Positions 1 to 6,596 of a DNA stretch of 32,000 bases are shown piece by piece. This DNA comes from Candidatus Brocadia sp. (GTDB lineage: Bacteria; Planctomycetota; Brocadiia; Brocadiales; Brocadiaceae). The notes below the pieces were generated by a model. That model ran no database searches and was not told the origin of the DNA. It saw nothing but the letters and a program-made list of their open reading frames with translations. Made by a program: the position numbers and the translations under genes. Positions within the stretch are counted from its first letter, which is position 1. Every line of letters begins with the position of its first letter. The stretch spans positions 2,160,001 to 2,192,000 of the forward strand of contig CP091279.1 in assembly GCA_021650915.1 (NCBI GenBank). Reading direction: 5' to 3'.

Positions 1-82
1 CGAAGATCCAACCCTTGTGGTCCTTAGTCTCAACGACGAACACACCGAACCTAGTGTGTTGACAAATTAATTACAATACATT

Positions 83-538
83 ATGCTGTGCTTCATGAGA
101 CAAGCAAAAATTCAACTTACCGAGGAAGAACGAGCAACCTTGAAGTCATTTCGCTCCAAGGGGCAGCACATGACAAGAGAAGTCAATCGTGCGCATATAT
201 TATCGGCTTTAGACCAAAATGTGCCTGAAAAACATATTCTGTCTGTTCTGGGTGTTGGCCGCACTGCCATTTGGCGGACACGCTCTGCATATCTTGAGAA
301 GGGCTTGGATTATGCACTTCACGATGTTGTCAGACCCGGTCAGCCGGTAAAATACGGAACCAACCAACAAGCCGAAGTCGTAGCTTTGGCATGTAGTGCA
401 CCACCGAAGGGTGCCAGGCGCTGGACAATCGCCTTGTTGACTGAAGCAATAAGGCAACAGCTAAAACTTAGAAAGATTAGTCGTGAAAGTATCCGTCTCT
501 TTCTAAAAAAAACGACTGTAAGCCGTGGCGGAAATTGA
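83..538 (+). CDS. IS630-family transposase, N-terminal HTH/DNA-binding part (orfA, upstream of frameshift)
   Basis: 151-aa ORF with HTH-like segments (LSVLGVGRTAIWR; PPKGARRWT), typical of IS630/Tc1 N-terminal domains. It ends 3 nt after the orfB start. ATG at 98 is an alternative start. Confidence 0.85.
   Translation: MLCFMRQAKIQLTEEERATLKSFRSKGQHMTREVNRAHILSALDQNVPEKHILSVLGVGRTAIWRTRSAYLEKGLDYALHDVVRPGQPVKYGTNQQAEVVALACSAPPKGARRWTIALLTEAIRQQLKLRKISRESIRLFLKKTTVSRGGN
505..511 (+). promoter_or_regulatory. Candidate -1 frameshift / transcriptional slippage site A_AAA_AAA (A8 run 505-512)
   Basis: In the orfA frame the codons are cta aaa aaa acg. Shifting -1 gives aaa aaa aac gac tgt aag ccg tgg cgg aaa ttg atg tgg tgt = KKNDCKPWRKLMWC. 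This restores the conserved IS630 'KPW..K.WCI' junction and runs straight into orfB. Confidence 0.55.
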
Positions 539-1197
539 TGTGGTGTATTGGTAAATTGACTGAGGAATACCGCCAAAGGATGTATGATTTGCTGGAACTC
601 TACACGAGGTCTTATTGTGAGGACGAGCCAGTGATTTGCGTAGACGAGAAGAGTAAGCAGCTTTTGGAACAACCGCGCCTCTCAATTCCTGCCAGTCCGG
701 GCAATCCTGTCAAAGAGGACTGCGAGTATAAACGTGCCGGCACCCGTAATATTTTCATGGCAGTTGAACCTAAGGGTGGTTGTAGACAGGTTGAAGTGAC
801 AACCCGTCGTACCAAGAGAGATTTTGTCCAGTTCATCGGCCATTTGGTAAAAAAAGTCTATGTAAGGGCGCTCAAGATTCATCTGGTGTTGGACAATCTT
901 AATACTCATTTTCGCAGTAGTTTTGAAGAAATATTGGGTGTTGAAGAAGCAACCCAGATGTTGGAACGAGTAGAATTTCATTATACTCCCAAGCATGCCA
1001 GTTGGCTTAATATGGCTGAAATTGAAATCGGCATCATGGATCGGCAGTGTACTGGGTGCCGAATACCAAACGAACAAACCCTTCGGTCGGAAGTCGCTGC
1101 GTGGACTGACCGACGCAATCAGGCCAAATCAACAATAGATTGGAAGTTTACACGGCAAGATGCTGATCAAAAGCTGTCAAGGCACTATGTTTCGTAA
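535..1197 (+). CDS. IS630-family transposase, DDE catalytic part (orfB)
   Basis: 220-aa ORF. It has candidate catalytic residues VICVDEKS, LVLDNLNTH and WLNMAEIE, and the MWCIGKLTEEY start typical of the IS630 DDE_3 domain. The frame is -1 relative to orfA. Confidence 0.85.
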   Translation: MMWCIGKLTEEYRQRMYDLLELYTRSYCEDEPVICVDEKSKQLLEQPRLSIPASPGNPVKEDCEYKRAGTRNIFMAVEPKGGCRQVEVTTRRTKRDFVQFIGHLVKKVYVRALKIHLVLDNLNTHFRSSFEEILGVEEATQMLERVEFHYTPKHASWLNMAEIEIGIMDRQCTGCRIPNEQTLRSEVAAWTDRRNQAKSTIDWKFTRQDADQKLSRHYVS

Positions 1198-1271
1198 TTA
1201 ATTTGTTGTAATACTAGAGCGGCTCTGCCGCAACCGAAGCTTTAAAACCGTCCTCCAATAGTGTATATTTA

Positions 1272-1356
1272 ATTTTTTGTAACACTTTAGTTCTTTGAAA
1301 AATTAACAAGCGATTTTGCAAGCAAACCCAGAAGGCGTTTTCACCATAAGGGCATT
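1272..1356. repeat. Terminal inverted repeat of the IS66-type element (transposase-distal end)
   Basis: The core TTGTAACACTTTAGTTCTTTGAAAAATTAACAAGCGATTTTGCAAGCAAACCCAGAAGGCGT (1278-1339) pairs with 3641-3702. It overlaps the transposase stop at 1303. Confidence 0.85.
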
Positions 1357-2683
1357 TTTTGCGCTAGCCAGAAGATTTTCCACTGGATTGATTCTTTGTA
1401 ATTCAGCAGAACGAAGCAGAGACATAAGGATGGCCTGTGTCTTAGCGCCATCCTCAGAGCGGTTCTGCTGTGAGACCTTTCTGGTCAATACTGGCTTTCG
1501 CATCTGTTGCTCAGCATGGTTATTATAGGGACTGACATCCTCATGTTCCAGGAACGTAAAGAGTTCCTGTTTATGGCGGTTCAGGCGTTTGGTCAATCTT
1601 TGTGCATCTTTGTGCATCTTTATCCTGGCAGGGTGTTGCCAAAAACTGTTCAAGCCTGCAATACAGTCTATTTTTGAGCCTGAGAAAGCATGCCGGGTTT
1701 ATCTGGTGCTTTTTCTCGGATAGCCGGATGGCATCCCTGAGTAATCGGGAGAGTTTTCTCCTGAAACTTTTCCATGAGACAGAATGGTTGTAGGTGTCTA
1801 CTTTCACGAGTTCCGTAAAGAGATGATAGAAACACCGCTGCTTTGCCAGTGCGCTTGTCTTGTTATAAGCGCCCCAGAAGTCGCAGATCAGGATGCCCTT
1901 GAAGAGTCTGCCTAAGAACCTTTTTATGACAGGCGACCCCCGATTCCGTGTTATAAGGTAGTAGCAGAGGGTTTTGGTGGTAAAACACCATAACCAATGG
2001 GTTTTTCCATTCAACCGCCACCCGGTTTCATCTGCGTGCAAGACGGCGCTGGTAGAGACCTTTTGCCCAATATCGTTATACTGTGGTTCCAGGAATGTTG
2101 CAAGAGCCTTCCAGGCCTGGGTTAAACCACCGGCGCTTACGTGAAGATTGAAAAATACGGAAACCATCTTTACAAGGTTGTTTACACTGATACCGACTAC
2201 GTAATGAAGCCAGGCGGTAAAGACAACGAGGCGCAATCCGAGTCGGGCGTTTGGCAAGGCATCGGTGAGCGCGGGCTGAACGATCTTTTTGCAACAAGCA
2301 CACCAGTAGCCATGAACCGTATGTTCCGTCACGACAGGGTCGACCCGGGGGATATCCTCGATGTATCGCTTATACGTTCTCACCGGCTTTTGTAATGACT
2401 GCTGGCAGTCAGGGCACCTCTCCAGGGTATGTGTCTTATAGGCAGTTATGGTTTCCGGTCGTCTTCGGGAAACCCCCTTATGTCCTGGTTTTCTGCCACA
2501 AGGTCGTTTTCTCTTTTTACGGGTAGGCTTGAGATAAGGTGGCGTCATGCCCGAAGGGGTAGTTGGGCTTGGTTTATCGCAGAGTCGGTCATACTTCTCT
2601 GCCTTCCCGGCCAGTATCAGGATGACTTGAATCGCATCCTCTCTGTTCATCTCCAGGATGGCTCGGGCTTCATCCCTGGTCAT
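1303..2683 (-). pseudogene. IS66-family transposase (zf-IS66 + DDE_Tnp_IS66), frame broken by a 10-bp tandem duplication
   Basis: ORFs 1571..2776 and 1303..1653 are the two halves. The upstream half has CPDC...CACC zinc-finger-like Cys pairs and the LHADETGW / ICDFWGAY DDE-region motifs. The downstream half has NNHAEQQMRKPVLTRK. Removing one copy of the repeat at 1597-1616 fuses them into ...DKDAQRLTKRLNRHKQELF... (456 aa). The likely start is ATG 2683 (MTRDEARAILE), not 2776. Confidence 0.8.
1597..1616. repeat. 10-bp tandem duplication TCTTTGTGCA x2 (minus strand TGCACAAAGA x2)
   Basis: Read directly: 1597-1606 and 1607-1616 are identical and are followed by a partial third copy, TCTT. A 10-nt insertion causes the frame change between the two transposase ORFs. 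Confidence 0.9.
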
Positions 2684-3551
2684 GAGCAAGAAGCCTCCGG
2701 AAATTTTTCTCAAGAGGATACAGGTAGAGTTCCTTCGTCTGGCCATGATACCGATAGGTATTGCCCCGTTTTGCACTGCCTTTGGTTTTTCCTACACGGA
2801 GCCAATTAGCTGCCTGATAGCAAGTGCCTTGAAATCGCGCGGTATCAACAAAGGTCTCCGCCAAATACACGGGATGTCCGTAGACAGCTTCCCAGTCATC
2901 TGACAAACGCTTGAGGGCAAGGGATAATACCTTGGATGCAAGGTGTTTGACCGTAACCCAGGGGGGAATGAGGAATCGCACGTTACTGGCAATTAAATGC
3001 AAGTGGGTGCGTTTGGTGGTCTCATCCCATCCGATGAAACGGTCACGGTCTTTGACCTTCCATGCTGCGCTTGCCCATCCAAGACAGGCAACGACCTGAT
3101 TGCCGATATGTACGATGTGCCTGACGTGTTCGCCAACAAGCCGGGGACATCCGAGGTAGTGGTAGTGATAGAGGAGATAACCCCAGAGGTAACTCTCTTG
3201 AGGGTCTTTTACCACCTGGATCGTCGGGATTTCATACCCGGTGATAGTGCCTCCCAGTGTGCTTTTGACAAAAAGGGGTATCTGATCAAATATCTTAGGT
3301 TTCAGATTGTTTTTTGGTCGTATGCGGCCTGGAAGCGCTACCAGGCCCTGTTCTTCCAATCGCAGAAGGAGGTCTCGTGCCGCGTATTCTTTCAGCTTGC
3401 CATTGGGCTGCACCCAGTTCCAACTTTTGCAAAGTTCACGGGAAATATAACTCCGCCCTTTGAGAAAATAACTATCAATGAGCGCCTTGATAAAGGCTAT
3501 ATCGTCTGTATGCAGTTTCCGTGAACGGTATTGGAATAGTATAGGCTTCAT
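2670..3551 (-). CDS. DUF4338-family protein (Druantia DruA-like domain), accessory gene of the IS66-type element
   Basis: 293-aa ORF. The motifs YHYLG, AAWKVKDRDRFIGW, NVRFLIPPWVTVKHLASKVLS, LAETFVD..RFQGTCYQAANW match my recollection of the DUF4338 signature. The stop at 2670 overlaps the transposase ATG at 2683 by 14 nt. Confidence 0.7.
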   Translation of the reverse strand: MKPILFQYRSRKLHTDDIAFIKALIDSYFLKGRSYISRELCKSWNWVQPNGKLKEYAARDLLLRLEEQGLVALPGRIRPKNNLKPKIFDQIPLFVKSTLGGTITGYEIPTIQVVKDPQESYLWGYLLYHYHYLGCPRLVGEHVRHIVHIGNQVVACLGWASAAWKVKDRDRFIGWDETTKRTHLHLIASNVRFLIPPWVTVKHLASKVLSLALKRLSDDWEAVYGHPVYLAETFVDTARFQGTCYQAANWLRVGKTKGSAKRGNTYRYHGQTKELYLYPLEKNFRRLLAHDQG

Positions 3552-3622
3552 AAACAGGTTCCTTTTCTCTGAAGCCTTTTATACCACAAATGGAAAACTG
3601 ACGTCAGCTTTTTTTGTATCTT

Positions 3623-3708
3623 AACGCCCTGATGGTTAAAACGCCTTCTGGGTTTGCTTATAAAATCGCTTGTTAATTTTTCAAAGAACTAAAGTGTTAC
3701 AAGAAATC
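3623..3708. repeat. Terminal inverted repeat of the IS66-type element (DUF4338-proximal end)
   Basis: Reverse complement of 1272-1356, with the 62-nt near-perfect core at 3641-3702. Confidence 0.85.
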
Positions 3709-3781
3709 TATAGTATTACTGTATAAAAACTTCTCTTTTTTGTAAGTTTTCCACAAACCCCTTTTCATGAGGTACCGTTTT

Positions 3782-3831
3782 TTATGAGTGAAAGATTGCT
3801 TCGCTTCGCTCGCAATGACAACATGCAGTGT
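3782..3831 (-). repeat. Hairpin repeat copy A (ATTGC...GCAAT family, 'CFASLAMT' junk-ORF type)
   Basis: TTATGAgtgaaAGATTGCTTCGcttcgCTCGCAATGacaACATGCAG. The reverse complement of 5343-5405 has the same blocks: TTATGA / AGATTGCTTCG / CTCGCAATG / A.ATG / GCAG. Confidence 0.7.
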
Positions 3832-4212
3832 GCCATCAAAGTGCAAGGTCGGTGTCATCTATGAAAAAGCATGTCAAGAAAAAATATTATCCCTGTTGAC
3901 AAAAAAACCAAAGAAATGTTTTCTTGCCATGCGTCCCTTCCGCTTAACTGAGGCTAATCAAGCCATAAAGTCCTGAGTGCATGAATGACAAACAGATTAT
4001 TATCGTTTTCTTTCTACTACCTTCTCTGAAATACCTTCGGCAATCGGTTTTCAGTCATCTATCGGTGCTCTTTGCTGAGCATGGTAATTTTCGATTTAAA
4101 CGAGGGCGGATCAACCATTGCGTTGGACCTCTTTGGGTCAATGACACGTGGATCTCATCCCTCTCTCAAGAAAACAGGTGCGAACCAGCCTTTCATGCCT
4201 TCTTGCCCTGTT

Positions 4213-5223
4213 TTACTTGATTAGATTGCCAGTGATCAGTCTGTCATTATATTTCTCACTCTTCCTCCACACGCTTAAAGATATTGCCGCTATCTTACGA
4301 CATACTGCATTATAGGCATTGTCATGACCGATGCCTTTCAACCGCAAGGTATCGTAATAGTTCCTTAAACCGCTCTTACCCTTTAAAACCGAATGTCCTG
4401 CCATCTTGTATACGCATTTTAATATCCGATTTCCCCAAATCTTTTCACTCCCATATCCCCTCCCATCACTTATCCTCTTATGCCTCACCAACCCACAGTA
4501 GCTGTAATATTTGTACTTACTGCTAAACCTCTCCGGGTCTATTACCTGTGATACGATCTTCGCCGCCTGGATACTCCCAATGCCGGGAATGCTCTTGAGA
4601 TATTTTATCTCTTTAAATCCCTTACTGCATCGAACGATCTCTTTTACATATTCCTGCCTGCCTTCTTCCATCTTCTCTAAAAGCTGATAGATCTGCGTGC
4701 CAATAAATTGAAAGTCTCTTCGCTCTAATCCTTCCAGGAAACTCTCGTCGTTATATAACGCTTCACCTTTGATTTTCTTCCCACTTTTCCGAAATAAGGA
4801 TTTGTATCGGTTCTTTAGCCTCACACCCTCTTCAATGAAATCCTGATACCCGGACATTAAACTCCTTAACCTCTCCCTCTTTGAACCATCATGATATACC
4901 GGTACGAGAAAACCTCCTCGCAAAAGATTCGACAGCTTCCTGGCATCCATCTTGTCCGTCTTTTTCTTCTTGTAGTCTCCGTTTGCTACTGGATTGCATA
5001 CGATCAACTCATCTACTTCTGGTCTCAATATCTCATACAGCCAGTTGCTTAATTCACACTCTTCAAAGGTCAGTTTCTTAACACCCTCCACTCCCCTCAC
5101 ATACTTCACCAAAAGCCGGCCATTGCTCTCAATCGTAGTGTTGTCTACTTCCCTCCCTCTTTCATCCGTCACATTGAATGTACATGTTGACGAATGTGCA
5201 TCCAATCCTATATACTTTATCAT
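4213..5223 (-). CDS. IS110-family transposase (DEDD/RuvC-like N-domain + Transposase_20 C-domain)
   Basis: 336-aa ORF. The N-terminus IGLDAHSSTCTF carries the first catalytic Asp. The C-terminal part has the SIPGIGSIQAAKIV helix-hairpin-helix and YCGLVRHKRISDGR motifs typical of IS110. SD AAGGAGG lies 5 nt upstream of the ATG. Confidence 0.9.
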   Translation of the reverse strand: MIKYIGLDAHSSTCTFNVTDERGREVDNTTIESNGRLLVKYVRGVEGVKKLTFEECELSNWLYEILRPEVDELIVCNPVANGDYKKKKTDKMDARKLSNLLRGGFLVPVYHDGSKRERLRSLMSGYQDFIEEGVRLKNRYKSLFRKSGKKIKGEALYNDESFLEGLERRDFQFIGTQIYQLLEKMEEGRQEYVKEIVRCSKGFKEIKYLKSIPGIGSIQAAKIVSQVIDPERFSSKYKYYSYCGLVRHKRISDGRGYGSEKIWGNRILKCVYKMAGHSVLKGKSGLRNYYDTLRLKGIGHDNAYNAVCRKIAAISLSVWRKSEKYNDRLITGNLIK

Positions 5224-5342
5224 ACAGCCTCCTTTCCAAGGTTTAAAGACTTACCACCTTAATTGGTGGTCTAAAGCCTTTATGATATTTAATATCACAA
5301 AAGGTTATCGCCTATTCAAGGCTTTTTAACCTCCTTGGAAGG
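5224..5342 (-). ncRNA. Candidate IS110 non-coding left end / bridge (seek) RNA
   Basis: Structured region directly upstream of the transposase. Hairpin CCACC-ttaatt-GGTGG (5254-5269) is extended by AAGGTTTAAAGA / TCTAAAGCCTT. Hairpin TGATAT-tta-ATATCA lies at 5283-5297. A long-range pair joins TTCCAAGG (5234-5241) with CCTTGGAA (5333-5340). Function is inferred only from the published IS110 bridge-RNA architecture. Confidence 0.25.
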
Positions 5343-5405
5343 ACGCTGCTTTTTCATATTACCATTGCGAGGGCCTTTTCCGAAGCAATCTCCCCCCTTT
5401 CATAA
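5343..5405 (+). repeat. Hairpin repeat copy B (ATTGC...GCAAT family), inverted relative to copy A
   Basis: ACGCTGCtttttCATaTtacCATTGCGAGggccttttcCGAAGCAATCTccccccttTCATAA. It lies between the cyclase gene stop (5441) and the IS110 upstream region. Confidence 0.7.
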
Positions 5406-5440
5406 AGGAAATTTGGTTGCGGCTGTGCTGCGCTAGGGAA

Positions 5441-6583
5441 TCACCTTTTAAACCGCAAAACATTGTATACGTCAACCAGCTTGTTAATTCCTTTCAGTTT
5501 CAGGGCCTTAATTTCTTCAACCTCTACCAGATCTTTTATTTCAGAAAACGTACGTTGTGCAATCAGAATCTGGCTTGGCTTAGCTTCCATCTGCAACCGG
5601 TGAGCAATATTGACCTGATGGCCTATTACGGTATAGTTCATCTGGATTTCTGAGCCAATATTTCCAACCGTTGCATATCCGGTATTTATACCAAAATAGA
5701 TGCCAATATTGGATCCCGTTTTGACCCAATGATTTTGCAGTTCATGTACTTTATCACGCATATCAATCGCCATCCTGACCGCCCGCTCGGCATGGTTATT
5801 ATACATAATGGGATCGCCAAAAAAGACCAAAATTCCGTCCCCCATGAATTTGTCGAGCGTACCGCCATACTGAAAAACGATCTTCGTCATCTCAGTAAAA
5901 TATTCGTTTAATAAGGTTATGGTATCCTCCGGCTCCATACTTTCAGACGCCTCGGTAAAACCCTTCAGATCAGAAAAACAGATCGTCAATAACTTTCTGG
6001 CATTGGTCAGGTATTTATCGCTGCCGCTCGAAATAATACTCTCAGCAATTTGTGGTGAAACGTACCTTTTCAAGCGAGATGTCCTCTGAATCTCTTCTAC
6101 CTGTTGCCTCACCTTGTCTTCCAGCGACTGGTTGAATTCTTCTATCAGGCTGTTTCGTTCCTTGAGCGTTTCATTCAGTTTCATGTTTTCTTTTATATTT
6201 TTGTACGATTCAACAGCGCCGGCAACCGTATCGAGGAGTTGTTCCGGGTCGCTGCCTTTCACCACATAAGCATGTGGACGAAAATGTTTGCGGATGTCAA
6301 CCCGTTTCTCCCGTTCATCATCACCGCTATAAAAGATAATGGGGATGTATTGATTTTTTAATTTGAGGAACTCTGAGACCTTCAATCCCGAAATATCAGA
6401 CATATTAATGTCCAGTACAACGGTAAAAACGGCCTCGTGAAACTTATCGATCGCCTCTTTTCCGCCACTGCAGGTCAGGACATCATATCCTTCGTTTTCC
6501 AGAATGGCGGCAGTGGTAAGAAGCATAGAGGGGTCATCATCAACAAGCATAACGCACCTTTTGTCGGACATGGTATTTTCCAT
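5441..6583 (-). CDS. Response regulator (REC) fused to a class III adenylate/guanylate cyclase domain
   Basis: REC features: VDDDP acidic pocket, VVLDINM phospho-acceptor Asp, YSGD, VVKG Lys. A coiled-coil linker follows. Cyclase features: ICFSDLKGFT and LDKFMGDGILVFFG metal Asp residues, and HQVNIAHRL. The Lys in DKFMGD sits at the purine-specifying position. Confidence 0.9.
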   Translation of the reverse strand: MENTMSDKRCVMLVDDDPSMLLTTAAILENEGYDVLTCSGGKEAIDKFHEAVFTVVLDINMSDISGLKVSEFLKLKNQYIPIIFYSGDDEREKRVDIRKHFRPHAYVVKGSDPEQLLDTVAGAVESYKNIKENMKLNETLKERNSLIEEFNQSLEDKVRQQVEEIQRTSRLKRYVSPQIAESIISSGSDKYLTNARKLLTICFSDLKGFTEASESMEPEDTITLLNEYFTEMTKIVFQYGGTLDKFMGDGILVFFGDPIMYNNHAERAVRMAIDMRDKVHELQNHWVKTGSNIGIYFGINTGYATVGNIGSEIQMNYTVIGHQVNIAHRLQMEAKPSQILIAQRTFSEIKDLVEVEEIKALKLKGINKLVDVYNVLRFKR

Positions 6584-6596
6584 AATTTTTTTATCC

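Larger units (their letters stand above)
51..1217 (+). mobile_element. IS630-family insertion sequence (about 1.16 kb)
   Basis: Imperfect terminal inverted repeats: 51-73 CTAGTGTGTTGACAAATTAATTA versus the reverse complement of 1195-1217, CTAGTATTACAACAAATTAATTA (17/23 identical, both ends matching). A TA dinucleotide sits at both junctions (52-53, 1215-1216), as expected for IS630 TA target duplication. The element encloses the two transposase ORFs. Confidence 0.8.
1272..3708 (-). mobile_element. IS66-type element carrying a DUF4338 gene plus a (broken) IS66 transposase
   Basis: 1278-1339 equals the reverse complement of 3641-3702 with 2 mismatches in 62 nt. Weaker matching extends to about 1272-1356 / 3623-3708. 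Only two same-strand genes lie between the repeats. Confidence 0.75.
3832..5342 (-). mobile_element. IS110-family insertion sequence (boundaries not determined)
   Basis: It contains the IS110 DEDD transposase gene. This family lacks classical IRs, so the ends cannot be read off. The limits given are simply the inner edges of the two flanking hairpin repeats. Confidence 0.3.

Noticed and set aside
1303-1653. 116-aa ORF, considered as an independent gene (for example a TnpB-like accessory protein)
   Set aside because: It is the C-terminal part of the IS66 transposase (NNHAEQ..RKPVLTRK motif). The 10-bp duplication at 1597-1616 put it out of frame.
2997-3524. 175-aa plus-strand ORF inside the IS66-type element
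   Set aside because: It is antisense to the DUF4338 ORF, which has the recognisable conserved motifs. It has no SD or start context.
1258-3716. 8-bp target-site duplication for the IS66-type element
   Set aside because: The flanks TATATTTA (1264-1271) and TATAGTAT (3709-3716) match at only 5/8 positions, and the exact IR tips are ambiguous. No TSD can be claimed.
3788-4220. Track ORFs 3788..3976 (+) and 3981..4220 (+), considered as genes
   Set aside because: The first starts inside the hairpin repeat (CFASLAMT is the translated repeat). Neither has an SD or a recognisable domain. The composition looks non-coding, so this is probably IS110 3' non-coding sequence or intergenic DNA.
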